64,000 bases of DNA from an uncultured Dictyoglomota bacterium. GTDB taxonomy: Bacteria; Dictyoglomota; Dictyoglomia; Dictyoglomales; Dictyoglomaceae. Each line of letters starts with the position of its first letter. Positions within the stretch are counted from its first letter, which is position 1. Positions 10,599 through 20,490 of the stretch are shown here, one piece after another. A program made the translations under genes and the position numbers. The stretch lies in NCBI GenBank assembly GCA_964654465.1, contig CAZZIO010000029.1, forward strand, positions 1 to 64,000. Direction: 5' to 3'. The notes beneath the pieces were generated by a model. That model searched no databases, was not told the DNA's origin, and saw nothing but the letters and a program-made list of their open reading frames with translations.

Positions 10599-10635
10599 TT
10601 ATATTTATTATAAGTTTATTTCTTTTTAAAAGCAA
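10599..10635 (-). promoter_or_regulatory. Promoter of the ferritin-like gene with an overlapping Per-box-like site
   Basis: TTGCTT-N17-TATAAT; TTATAATAAATATAA (10599-10613) is one mismatch from TTATAATNATTATAA. Confidence 0.6.
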
Positions 10636-10639
10636 CTTC

Positions 10640-11899
10640 CTATTCCTTTGCAATTTTTACAAGTAGAGGCATTAATTCAGTTCCTTTAATTCTTCCAATG
10701 CTTCCTTTTGCACAAGCACTCTCCCCAAAATAATCTAAGCCATCAGGTGTAATTCCCGAAGTTATGACCATTAATGGTACAGGATCTTCAGAATGGGATT
10801 TTAAGGAGCAAGGAGTTGCATGGTCAGCAGTTACAGCAATTACTACATTAGATAGATCCAATTTAGGTATTAAATTTTCAAAGAAAACAGAATCTATCTT
10901 CTCTATACTTTCGATTTTTTTATCATATAGTCCATCGTGTCCTGGTACATCTGGTCCTTTTAGGTGAGCATAAACTCCATCATAATGTTCTAATGCATAT
11001 AACACTTTGTCTGCCCAAAGTTTATAATCAGTGGAATCTTCTATGGGTACTTCTTTCATACCTGTAAGAAGAGCTATTCCTCTTTCTACAGGCATTTCTA
11101 CAATACTTCCAAAGTTAAGTCCATATAAACTTTGTAGTGTAGGAACCTTCGGTAGAGAATCACCAGCATCTCTCAAGAGAATTATATTTGCTGGTTTTTT
11201 ACCTTCTTCCTTTCTCTTTTTATTTATCTCAGAATTTTTTAATACCTCAAAAGCTTTCATTACAAACTCATTAGTAAGTCTTGCAGATTCTTTTGCTTCT
11301 TCTGAATCATCAAGAGGCACACATTTTTGAACTTCCTTAGATGGATTTGCAATAGCAATGCTATAAGGTCCATGTCTCTTATACCCTGGATCTATATTTT
11401 CTACATTAGCTGAAAGTTTGCCATCCTTCTTTCTTATAACCAGAACTCCTCTGTGCCCTACTGTCGCTTTAAAAATAAAATCAGCACCATCTAATTTAAC
11501 CTTTTGATTTACTTCTTCTGCTAAGGCTTTTGCTTCTTCAGTTGATAAATTTCTTCCAGCTCTTCTGTCTAATATTTCAAGAGTTTCTTCATTTACTGTT
11601 GCAAAATTGGCTCTCCATGCCAAATCTCCATCTCTTACTTCAATATCAGCACCATGAGCCTCTAATGGACCTCTTCCAGTATAGTATTTATCTACATCAT
11701 AACTTAAGATACTAAGTACTGCTGCATCTGATTCAGGAGCTATGCCAGGCCCAATAGGATCCATAAGCCCAAGTTTTGCCTTTTTGGCTAATGCATCCAT
11801 ATTGGGAGTTTTGGCTACTTCTAATTCGGTCTTTCCATTTAGTTTTGGATCAGGAGTGCCTCCCAGTCCATCTAAAACTATGTAGAGTATTTTTTTCAT
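10640..11899 (-). CDS. apgM: Cofactor-independent phosphoglycerate mutase, archaeal type
   Basis: VLDGLG, TPNMD, PESD, GRGPLEAHG, DRRAGR, HLKGPDVPGHDG, TADHATP. Confidence 0.9.
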   Translation of the reverse strand: MKKILYIVLDGLGGTPDPKLNGKTELEVAKTPNMDALAKKAKLGLMDPIGPGIAPESDAAVLSILSYDVDKYYTGRGPLEAHGADIEVRDGDLAWRANFATVNEETLEILDRRAGRNLSTEEAKALAEEVNQKVKLDGADFIFKATVGHRGVLVIRKKDGKLSANVENIDPGYKRHGPYSIAIANPSKEVQKCVPLDDSEEAKESARLTNEFVMKAFEVLKNSEINKKRKEEGKKPANIILLRDAGDSLPKVPTLQSLYGLNFGSIVEMPVERGIALLTGMKEVPIEDSTDYKLWADKVLYALEHYDGVYAHLKGPDVPGHDGLYDKKIESIEKIDSVFFENLIPKLDLSNVVIAVTADHATPCSLKSHSEDPVPLMVITSGITPDGLDYFGESACAKGSIGRIKGTELMPLLVKIAKE

Positions 11900-12043
11900 T
11901 TTTCTCCTCCTTTCTAAAGATTTGATTTAACATAGTAAAATTTTATCATGAAGATTATTTGAATGGTATTGCATTTTTTTTAAAATTTGTGATAAATTAA
12001 AAGAAATTATTCGAATGATTAAAGAGGGGGAAGGTATAAAAAT

Positions 12044-13711
12044 ATGGTTATAATGCAATGGCTGAAATTAAAAGATCTCTTACCTACATTCATATATAAC
12101 CATATAAATTATCCTGTATTTTTTACAGATGAAAATTTAAAATTAATCTTCTATAATAAGGCTTTTGAACAAACTTTTCTAAAAAGTAATGAGAAGGTTA
12201 TAGGGAAAAAACTTTTTGATGTAGTCCCTCAATTTAAAGATAAATCCCTTTACTACATGAGAGCTATGAATGGTGAGAAAATTGACTTATATGAGAGTTA
12301 TAAAGAGTTTTCTATTTATCCATTGGCTAATGATGGGGAAATAATGGGAACGGTTACAACCATAGAGGATAAGATTGATGAAATAAATTTTAATAATTTG
12401 GTAGAGGTTTTTCAGGGATTAGGAAGAAAAAACAACTTGGATAATGAGAAAATCATATTTGATAAGATTATCCATATGTTTGAAGCAAAATTTGGTTGTG
12501 TAATACTTTTGGACAATGGAGATTTAAAATTTAGGCATTTTACTGAATCCTTAGAAGGAGAATTTAAAAAAGATGATGATAGATATGCATATTATCATGT
12601 AATAAATAAAGATAAAGTAATGTATTTTCCAGATGTGAGAAAAAGCCAAATAAAGACAATGACACTAAAATCGTTATCCACTATTGGAATTCCTTTAAGG
12701 AAGAATAATTCTATTTTGGGAATACTCATTTTAGAGTTTAAAAAGATAGATCCATTGGATGATAAACTTACATCCTATCTATTGATATGGTCAAATTTAC
12801 TTGCAGATGTGATTTTTGAAAATCTTCTATGGGAAACTCATAAAGAGTTAGAAGATAGGTTTAGACTTCTTTCGGAGCAATCCCTAATTGGGGTCTGTAT
12901 TGTTCAAGATGAGAAGATTGTATATGTCAATCCTCAACTTATAGAAATTTTGGGTTATCCTTTAGAATTTAACAATATTAATGATTTGGCAAAGTCGGTG
13001 GTTTCTGAGAATAGGCAGAGATTCTTATTAAGGTATAAGGAATTGACTGAAAGAAAGCTTGGTTATATTATTGATGAATTCAAGTGCATAAGAAGCATAG
13101 ATAGAAAGCCTGTTCACATTGAGGTCTGTGCTGTAAATACCACATATAAGGGTAAACCGGCTGTATTATATACATTTTTGGATATTACTTATAGAAAAGC
13201 CTTAGAAGAAGAGTTAAAACAGATCTCTAATACCGATCCCCTAACATCCCTATATAATCGTAGGGGATTTATTACATTGGCTGAACATACCATAAGTTTG
13301 ACAAAGAGATTGAAGAAAAAGCTTGTACTCATATTTATTGATCTTGATAATTTGAAGGTAATAAATGATAATTTGGGGCATAATGTGGGAGATATGGTTC
13401 TTAAAGAAACTGCTGAAATTCTAAGAAGCACATTTAGAGAAAATGATATTTTGGCAAGAGTTGGTGGAGATGAGTTTGTAGTACTAGGAATTATAGAAAA
13501 GGATGAGGATAAGGATGAACTAATTACAAGATTAAACAAGAAGATTGAGGAGAAGAATAGTATGGAAAATAGAATGTATAGACTTTCTTTGAGCTATGGA
13601 AGTATCATCTTTAGCCCAGATGAACAAAAATCTATTGAAGAGCTTCTTAATAAAGCGGATATTTTAATGTATGAAAATAAAAAGAAGAAAAAAGCATTAA
13701 CTAACGGTTGA
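12044..13711 (+). CDS. PAS/GAF/PAS sensor diguanylate cyclase
   Basis: TDPLTSLYNRR, DLDNLKVINDNLGH, intact GGDEF with RxxD I-site (RENDILARVGGDEF). Confidence 0.93.
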   Translation: MVIMQWLKLKDLLPTFIYNHINYPVFFTDENLKLIFYNKAFEQTFLKSNEKVIGKKLFDVVPQFKDKSLYYMRAMNGEKIDLYESYKEFSIYPLANDGEIMGTVTTIEDKIDEINFNNLVEVFQGLGRKNNLDNEKIIFDKIIHMFEAKFGCVILLDNGDLKFRHFTESLEGEFKKDDDRYAYYHVINKDKVMYFPDVRKSQIKTMTLKSLSTIGIPLRKNNSILGILILEFKKIDPLDDKLTSYLLIWSNLLADVIFENLLWETHKELEDRFRLLSEQSLIGVCIVQDEKIVYVNPQLIEILGYPLEFNNINDLAKSVVSENRQRFLLRYKELTERKLGYIIDEFKCIRSIDRKPVHIEVCAVNTTYKGKPAVLYTFLDITYRKALEEELKQISNTDPLTSLYNRRGFITLAEHTISLTKRLKKKLVLIFIDLDNLKVINDNLGHNVGDMVLKETAEILRSTFRENDILARVGGDEFVVLGIIEKDEDKDELITRLNKKIEEKNSMENRMYRLSLSYGSIIFSPDEQKSIEELLNKADILMYENKKKKKALTNG

Positions 13712-13714
13712 TAA

Positions 13715-13759
13715 AAGTGAGCTATATCACTTAAAGAGACTTCTAACTTATTGTATACT
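13715..13759 (+). promoter_or_regulatory. CRP-like site plus -10 element upstream of the PEGA gene
   Basis: AAGTGA-GCTATA-TCACTT (13715-13732) and TATACT (13754-13759). Confidence 0.6.
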
Positions 13760-13794
13760 CATCTAAAAAGAACTTCAAAGGGAGGTTAGAGTGT

Positions 13795-15855
13795 ATGAGG
13801 AAAGGTGTGTTTGTTTTTCTTTTATTGTTAATCCTTTCTATAGGTATTTCTTATTCTCAGGAAAAAATACAAATCCAACCTGAAAAAGAATGGGAAAAAA
13901 TTATAATAGTACCAAATCCTGAAACATCTTTAAGTCTTGATTTGTGGTTAAATAAACCAGAAGGAAGCATATATAAGGTTGGGGAAAATTTAATAATATA
14001 TGCAAAGGCTAATGATGATGCTTATCTTTATATTTTTGATATAACACCAGATGGTCAATTTACTTTGATATTTCCTAATTCTTATTCAAAAGATAATTTT
14101 ATAAAAAAAGATAGAACATATACTTTTCCTGATAAGCCGACTTATAGATTTAAGGTAACTCCTCCGTTTGGTAAGGAATATATTGTAGGAGTTATAACTA
14201 AAAAACCTATTGAGTTTTTTCCTGGTAAGAAGTTTGAAACTATGGCTCCTGGAAGTGTTATAGAAAAAAGTATAGAGAAAGCATTAGAAACTCTTCAAAA
14301 GTCTCTAAAGAAGGAAGAAGGAAAAACATGGGCTCAAAAGGTCACATATTTTTATGTACAACAAGAGGTACAATCTAAATCTAAGATAAATATCTATTCT
14401 AATCCTTCGGGAGCTCGTGTATATCTCGATGGTCAATTACAAGGAAATACTCCTGTTACCTTAATGCTATATCCTGGGAACTATAGGATAACTCTAAAAA
14501 AGGAAGGTTATGAAGATTATTCAACAAATATAGTAGTTCAAGAGGGTAGAGATAGAGATTATACTTTTAATCTTAAACCTGTGTATGGAAATTTGAGGGT
14601 GGACACTGAGCCTAAAGGGGCAAGTGTCTACTTAGATGGTTCCTTTAAAGGGTATACTCCATTGACATTATATAATTTACCTGCCAATAAGACTTATCAA
14701 TTAAAGGTAATCTATCCTGGTTATCAAGAAAAAGTAGAGAATGTCAAAGTATTACCTAATCAAACAAACTATGTATTTTATAGTCTTGTACCTCATTATG
14801 GATCACTAAATATCAATTCCTATCCACAGGGGGCAGATCTTTATCTTAATGGAGTTTATAGAGGAAAGACGCCAATTGTTATCAATAATGTATCACCTGG
14901 AAGATATCAGGTACAACTGAGACTAAGTGGTTATAAGGACTATGTGAGTTTTGTTGACGTATATGCAGGTCAGGTATCTACTTACAACTTTACTCTTGTT
15001 CCTTTACCCGCCACATTAAATATATTCTCTAATCCTTCCTCAGCAGATGTTTATATTAATGGTGTATATAAAGGGAAGACACCCTTATCCCTCACTGATC
15101 TTTCTTCGGGTACCTATAATGTGAAGATTTCTTTAAGTGGATATGAAGAATATAATGAGACAGTCTATCTTGCTCCAGGAGATCTTAAACGGATAAATGT
15201 TACATTAAAACCCATGAATTTAGGAGAAGTGTATATGGATTCAAATCCTAAAGGGGCAAAGATATTTATTGATGGTGTATATAAGGGAACAACTCCTCTA
15301 AATTTAACCCTTATAGAAGGTAGATATAAACTTACATTATCCCTTGATGGCTATGTGGACTTGAATACTGATATATTAGTAAGAAGGGGTGAAAAAAGCA
15401 GTTATCTCTTCACTCTTACACCAATAGTGACTGTAAAAAGATATTACATTAATTTTACTAAAGGTGGATATGATGGAAATCTTATTGTGGTAAAAGCGGA
15501 AAATGTGTTTATGGATAAGGAAGGTAAAGATTATGTTTTGGCTATTCGTCCTACAGGAAAATTTGAGGTTAAAGTACCCCTATTATCTATTTTTAGAGAT
15601 GTGATTTTAAAAATAAATTTCATGTTTGATGAAAAGAATAGTAAAAAAGAAGAAATTGATCCATTCTTAGTGATTTATGTTAATGGAAAGACGGTAACAT
15701 TACCATTATCTATTGAGGATAAAGATTTTATTCTCTTAAAGTATAATATAAAAGACTTGTTTAATGTAAATCAGGAGAATTTAATATCAATTCAGCTATT
15801 GGAAAATTCAGGGATTAATGTTAGGATAAAAGAAATTGTGGTAGAGGTGAGATAA
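13795..15855 (+). CDS. Secreted DUF4384 + five-PEGA-repeat surface protein
   Basis: Signal peptide; YKVGE..YLYIFDITPDG..LIFPN (DUF4384-like); five SxPxGAxVYxxGxxxGxTP...GY repeats. Confidence 0.88.
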   Translation: MRKGVFVFLLLLILSIGISYSQEKIQIQPEKEWEKIIIVPNPETSLSLDLWLNKPEGSIYKVGENLIIYAKANDDAYLYIFDITPDGQFTLIFPNSYSKDNFIKKDRTYTFPDKPTYRFKVTPPFGKEYIVGVITKKPIEFFPGKKFETMAPGSVIEKSIEKALETLQKSLKKEEGKTWAQKVTYFYVQQEVQSKSKINIYSNPSGARVYLDGQLQGNTPVTLMLYPGNYRITLKKEGYEDYSTNIVVQEGRDRDYTFNLKPVYGNLRVDTEPKGASVYLDGSFKGYTPLTLYNLPANKTYQLKVIYPGYQEKVENVKVLPNQTNYVFYSLVPHYGSLNINSYPQGADLYLNGVYRGKTPIVINNVSPGRYQVQLRLSGYKDYVSFVDVYAGQVSTYNFTLVPLPATLNIFSNPSSADVYINGVYKGKTPLSLTDLSSGTYNVKISLSGYEEYNETVYLAPGDLKRINVTLKPMNLGEVYMDSNPKGAKIFIDGVYKGTTPLNLTLIEGRYKLTLSLDGYVDLNTDILVRRGEKSSYLFTLTPIVTVKRYYINFTKGGYDGNLIVVKAENVFMDKEGKDYVLAIRPTGKFEVKVPLLSIFRDVILKINFMFDEKNSKKEEIDPFLVIYVNGKTVTLPLSIEDKDFILLKYNIKDLFNVNQENLISIQLLENSGINVRIKEIVVEVR

Positions 15856-15862
15856 AATTATG

Positions 15863-15882
15863 GGGAGGACATTAGTCCTCCC
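15863..15882. terminator. Stem-loop after the PEGA gene (terminator or mRNA stabiliser)
   Basis: GGGAGGAC-ATTA-GTCCTCCC; no clear U-tract on +. Confidence 0.55.
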
Positions 15883-15899
15883 TACATAAATAAAATTCA

Positions 15900-16427
15900 A
15901 TGAAAAATTGTCCATGTTGTTCAAATGTTCTTATTCCTAAAAAAGTTTCATCCCACTATGGTGTTTATTTAGAGATAGATCAATGTGAACATTGTGGGGG
16001 GATATGGTTTGATAAATATGAATTGGTATCTATGAAGCCTGATGATGTTTATTCTTTAGATATAGATTTTAAGGATAATATAAATTGTAATTCTCTTAAA
16101 TGTCCTAATGATGGTACATCTTTAAAACTTTTGAGAGATCCTATAATTCCTAAGGATGTTTTAATTTATTATTGTGTTAACTGTTTTGGAATGTGGGTAC
16201 CTATACAATCTTTAAGGAGATATAAAGAATATCAAAAAGAGCGTATAGAAACAAGAAAGAAGCAAAAAGAAACGAGTTTACCAAAGGATTTAGATTTAAA
16301 AATAGAGGAAATATTATCAAAGAATGTTGAAAACAATAAAATTGAAAATATGGAGATGGAAATATCTAAGTTTATTTCAATAGTGATTTTAATTTTGAGA
16401 ATCCTTTCATTTTTTATAAGAAAATAA
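15900..16427 (+). CDS. Tandem zf-TFIIB-type zinc-ribbon protein with C-terminal membrane helix
   Basis: CPCC..IDQCEHCGGIWFDKYEL and CPND..YYCVNCFGMW; hydrophobic C-terminus. Confidence 0.8.
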   Translation: MKNCPCCSNVLIPKKVSSHYGVYLEIDQCEHCGGIWFDKYELVSMKPDDVYSLDIDFKDNINCNSLKCPNDGTSLKLLRDPIIPKDVLIYYCVNCFGMWVPIQSLRRYKEYQKERIETRKKQKETSLPKDLDLKIEEILSKNVENNKIENMEMEISKFISIVILILRILSFFIRK

Positions 16428-16441
16428 AGGGGGTCTAAAAT

Positions 16442-17434
16442 ATGGAAAATTTTAAAGATTATCCTCCTTTTTTTAAGAAAAAAGTGCCTTTAAAAAGTAT
16501 AGTATGGATTATTTTATTTGTTTTGATATTGGTATCTTTATCATTAAGTTTTTACTTTGTGGGACCCGCAGAGGTGGGAATAGTCAAAAGATTTGGAAAG
16601 ATTGTAGCGGTACATGATCCTGGTTTACATTGGAAATTACCCTTTATAGATCAGGCAATAAAAGTGGATGTAATGGCCATTAGAAGGTTAGAGATAGGAT
16701 TTAGAACTATAACTTTAAATCCCCCTCAATATAGAAATGTTCAGGAAGAATCTCTTTTGCTAACTAAAGATGGAAAAATTGTGGATTTAGATTTCGTAGT
16801 TCAATATCAAATATCTGAGCCTGTTAAATATATTAGTTATGTGAAAGAAGGAGAAAAACTTTTGAGGGATTTGGCACAAGCATCTATGAGACAAGTAGTG
16901 GGGGGTTATCTTTTTGATGAAATTTTGACTGTTTCAAAAGAAGAAATTCAAAATGATGTAAAGATTTTATTACAAAATATCCTTAACAGTAATAATTTTG
17001 GAATTAAGATTCTCAATGTACAATTACAAGATGTGATCCCTCCAGATCCAGTACAACCTGCTTTTCAAGATGTAATAAATGCTAAATCTGAGAAGGATAA
17101 ATTAATATTAGAGGCTCAAGCTTATTATAATAAGCTTGTTCCAGAGGCTGAAGGACAAGCAGCAAAGATTATTGCAGAAGCAGAGGCTTATAGAACAGAA
17201 CAAATAGAAAAAGCTAAAGGAGATGCTCAGAGATTTAAAGCTTTACTTGAAAGATATAATAAAACGCCTTCTCTTATAAAGACAAAACTTTTTATGGAAG
17301 CAATGGAGATGATACTCCCTCAAGTTAAGATTATAGTCATAGATGATCCTAAGGGTGGAATGAAGATATTTAATCTTCCTGGAGATTTATTCACCCAAAC
17401 CATGACTATTAGACAGGAAGGTGATAATAAATGA
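16442..17434 (+). CDS. hflK: FtsH modulator HflK
   Basis: TM + SPFH domain; LLTKDGKIV, PPDPVQPAFQDV, EAQAYYN..PEAEG, AKGDAQRF. Confidence 0.93.
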   Translation: MENFKDYPPFFKKKVPLKSIVWIILFVLILVSLSLSFYFVGPAEVGIVKRFGKIVAVHDPGLHWKLPFIDQAIKVDVMAIRRLEIGFRTITLNPPQYRNVQEESLLLTKDGKIVDLDFVVQYQISEPVKYISYVKEGEKLLRDLAQASMRQVVGGYLFDEILTVSKEEIQNDVKILLQNILNSNNFGIKILNVQLQDVIPPDPVQPAFQDVINAKSEKDKLILEAQAYYNKLVPEAEGQAAKIIAEAEAYRTEQIEKAKGDAQRFKALLERYNKTPSLIKTKLFMEAMEMILPQVKIIVIDDPKGGMKIFNLPGDLFTQTMTIRQEGDNK

Positions 17435-18279
17435 AGTGGGGAATTACTTTTTTTATAATAATGATAATATTTTTTGTTATTTTTTTATTTTCTGCTTTTA
17501 CTGTAGATATAACTAAGCAAGCTGTAATATTAGAATTTGGTAAACCAGTAAGAGTTATAAGGGAACCTGGTTTATATTTCAGAAAACCATTTATCCAACA
17601 AATAGTATTTTTTGAGAAAAGAATTCTTGAATATGATTCAGAGCCTACCTTAGTGGTAACTAAAGACAAGAAGTCTATGATTCTTGATTCTTTTGCTTTA
17701 TTTAGGATAGCTGATCCTGTATTGTTCTTAAAAACTGTAAGAAATGAGATTGGAGCTCAAGCTAGACTTGATGATATTATCTACAGTGAAATGAGAAGAA
17801 TAGTAGGACAATACGATTTTGATGATATTGTTTCTATAAAGAGAGAAGAGGTATTTGAGGAAGTAACAAAGTCATCTCAAGAAAAGGCAAAGGAGTTGGG
17901 GATAGAGATAAGTACTGTTAGAATGAAAAGGGTGTCTGTTCCAGAGGAGAATTTAAGAAAGATATATGATTCCATGATTGCTGAAAGGGAAAGACAGGCC
18001 GCTCTTTATAGAGCAGAAGGTCAAAGAGAGGCACAAAGAATAAAATCGGAGGCTGAAAAGAAAAAAGTAGTTATACTTTCTGAAGCTTATAGAAAGGCTC
18101 AAGAGTTAAAAGGTAGTGGAGAATCGGAGGCAAGTAGAATTTTACAATCAGCATTATCTTCTAATCCTGAATTTTATCAATTTTTAAAGAGTCTTGAGAT
18201 ATATAAAAAGACTCTTCCCGGTAATGTACTTATTATCACGCCAGATTCTGAGATTTTTAAATATTTAAGAAGTAAATGA
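17431..18279 (+). CDS. hflC: FtsH modulator HflC
   Basis: TM + SPFH domain; TKDKKSM, MIAERERQA, RAEG, PEFYQFLKSL, PDSEIFKYL. Confidence 0.93.
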   Translation: MKWGITFFIIMIIFFVIFLFSAFTVDITKQAVILEFGKPVRVIREPGLYFRKPFIQQIVFFEKRILEYDSEPTLVVTKDKKSMILDSFALFRIADPVLFLKTVRNEIGAQARLDDIIYSEMRRIVGQYDFDDIVSIKREEVFEEVTKSSQEKAKELGIEISTVRMKRVSVPEENLRKIYDSMIAERERQAALYRAEGQREAQRIKSEAEKKKVVILSEAYRKAQELKGSGESEASRILQSALSSNPEFYQFLKSLEIYKKTLPGNVLIITPDSEIFKYLRSK

Positions 18280-18280
18280 T

Positions 18281-19606
18281 TTATGAATTGGAATTTCTAA
18301 GTTTATTTTGAATATCTTGTATAGCCTTTTTTATAGAGAGGTCTGATTGATAGAGCTCTTGGATTTTTTCATAGGCATGTAGTACTGTGGTATGGTCTCT
18401 TCCTCCCAGTTCTTCTCCAATTTTGGGCAGGGAGAGATCTGTTAATGTTCTTGCTAAATACATAGCAATTTGTCTTGGTATAGCGATCTCTTGAGATCTT
18501 CCCTTTCCTTTTAATTGTTCTATACTTATGTGAAAATATTCAGCTACGGTTTGTAATATATTATCTATAGTAATATTCTTTATTTGGGGTTGAATAATGT
18601 CTCTTAGTACAGTTTTAGCTAACTCTAAATTTATAGGCATATTATTTAGAGAGGCAAAGGCTATAGTTCTTATTAAAGCTCCTTCCAATTCACGTATGTT
18701 AGATTGTATTTGAGAGGCAATAAATTCTATAACCTCGTCAGGTACCTTAGCTTTTTCGGCTTCTGCTTTCTTTTTCAATATAGCAATACGGGTTTCTAAA
18801 TCAGGAGGTTGAATATCTGCTATAAGTCCCCATTCAAATCTTGATCTTAATCTATCCTCTAAAGTAGGAATCTCTTTGGGGACTCTATCGCTGGTTAGTA
18901 CAATTTGTTTTCCAGCCTCATATAATGCGTTAAAAGTATAGAAGAACTCTTCTTGAGTTCTTTCCTTACCAGCCAAGAATTGGATATCATCAATGAGTAA
19001 GACATCTATATTTCTATATCTACTTCTAAATTTTGTCATTCCGTCTTCTTTGATGGCATCAATTAACTCTACTGTAAATTTTTCCATAGAGGCATAAACT
19101 ACTCGAGTTTTAGGGAACTTCTCTTGGATAAAGTGACCAATAGCATGGATTAAGTGAGTTTTTCCTAAACCTACGCCTCCATAGATAAGAAGGGGATTAT
19201 AAGCTTTACCTGGATTTTGACTTACAGCTAACGCAGCTGCATGGGCAAAGCGATTGCTATCACCTACTACAAAGGTGTCAAAAGTATACTTAGGATTTAA
19301 GTTATTATATGATGTAGAAAAATATTCGTTTCTCTTTTCTTCTGGGATGGTTTCTTCCTTTTCATCAGCTAATATTTCAACTTTTAGATCTTTCTGGGTT
19401 ACTTTCCTAATTACCTCTTCGATAAGAGGTAAGTAGTATTCTTCTAACCATTCTTTTGAAAATTTGTTGGGTGTTTGGAGTATGACTTTTTCTCCCTCTA
19501 TATAAAGAGGTTTTAAGGTTTTAATCCAAGTTTCAAAGCCAGGTCTACTTATCTCCAAGGACAAATATGATAGTGCCTCTTCCCAGATATTATTAATATC
19601 TTTCAT
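18281..19606 (-). CDS. dnaA: Replication initiator DnaA
   Basis: [58 protein letters not shown]. Confidence 0.99.
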   Translation of the reverse strand: MKDINNIWEEALSYLSLEISRPGFETWIKTLKPLYIEGEKVILQTPNKFSKEWLEEYYLPLIEEVIRKVTQKDLKVEILADEKEETIPEEKRNEYFSTSYNNLNPKYTFDTFVVGDSNRFAHAAALAVSQNPGKAYNPLLIYGGVGLGKTHLIHAIGHFIQEKFPKTRVVYASMEKFTVELIDAIKEDGMTKFRSRYRNIDVLLIDDIQFLAGKERTQEEFFYTFNALYEAGKQIVLTSDRVPKEIPTLEDRLRSRFEWGLIADIQPPDLETRIAILKKKAEAEKAKVPDEVIEFIASQIQSNIRELEGALIRTIAFASLNNMPINLELAKTVLRDIIQPQIKNITIDNILQTVAEYFHISIEQLKGKGRSQEIAIPRQIAMYLARTLTDLSLPKIGEELGGRDHTTVLHAYEKIQELYQSDLSIKKAIQDIQNKLRNSNS

Positions 19607-19649
19607 GAGAGAGTTTCTCCTTGTAATTCTTTTTTAAGATACAAATGTA

Positions 19650-19678
19650 ATTTTAGCAAATATACCCTTAATATACAA
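19650..19678 (-). promoter_or_regulatory. dnaA promoter
   Basis: TTGTAT-N17-TAAAAT with extended TG (TGcTAAAAT). Confidence 0.6.
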
Positions 19679-19803
19679 ATTGAAAAAATTTTTTCTTTGA
19701 TATCTAACAATTAGTTTTTATCTTAATCTGAAAAATGGCAATTTAAAGGGTAAGAGTTAAAAATAATGTGGTTTTTAATCCTTTATTATTATATAATTGA
19801 ATT

Positions 19804-20484
19804 ATGGATTTGAAGGAATTTCTTAAAGGGGTCCCTATATTTTCAGATTTTTCTGAAGAAGAATTAAATAAGCTATTAGAGATAGCTAAGAAAAAAGATT
19901 TTAAAAAAGACACTGTCATCTTCCAAAAGGACGAAACGGGTAATTTCTTCTTTTTGATATGTTCTGGAAAGATAAAAGTTATTTTAGAGACGGAGGAAGG
20001 TAAAGAAGGAATTCTTTCCATTCTTTATCCCACTGAGTTTTTTGGAGAGATGTCTCTTCTTGATGGTGAGCCAAGGTCTGCTACTGTAGTGGCTTTAGAA
20101 GATACATCGGTAATGATAATAAATCGCGAAGATTTCTTAAATCTACTTTATAATCATCCTCAAATAGCCCTTAAGATATTAAGAACTCTCTCTTTAAGAT
20201 TAAGAAAGGCTAATAGGCAGATTGAAACTCTAATGTTTCTTGATGCTCCAGGCAGAATAGCCAGAGTGATAATTGATATAGCAATGGAGAGAGGTCATCC
20301 TATAAAGGATGGAATACTTATTGATTTAGATTTTACAAGACAAGAACTTGGAAATATTGTGGGTATTTCTCGAGAAACAGCAATTAGGGTGCTTAAATCT
20401 TTTGAAGATGAGGGTATAATTGATATAAAGAAAAATCATATTCTTATAAGAGATATCTCTAAGCTTAGAGAAAAAATATATTAA
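19804..20484 (+). CDS. Crp/Fnr family regulator, CRP-like
   Basis: cNMP pocket FGEMSLLDGEPRSAT; HTH TRQELGNIVGISRETAIR. Confidence 0.93.
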   Translation: MDLKEFLKGVPIFSDFSEEELNKLLEIAKKKDFKKDTVIFQKDETGNFFFLICSGKIKVILETEEGKEGILSILYPTEFFGEMSLLDGEPRSATVVALEDTSVMIINREDFLNLLYNHPQIALKILRTLSLRLRKANRQIETLMFLDAPGRIARVIIDIAMERGHPIKDGILIDLDFTRQELGNIVGISRETAIRVLKSFEDEGIIDIKKNHILIRDISKLREKIY

Positions 20485-20490
20485 TCAGGA

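Noticed and set aside
14377-15423. Repeats in the PEGA gene as a CRISPR, VNTR or diversity-generating target
   Set aside because: Diverged in-frame protein repeats; no spacers, cas genes or reverse transcriptase
19697-19710. FNR-like TTGAT-N4-AACAA between dnaA and crp
   Set aside because: One mismatch in AT-rich DNA, and the adjacent regulator has a CRP-type helix
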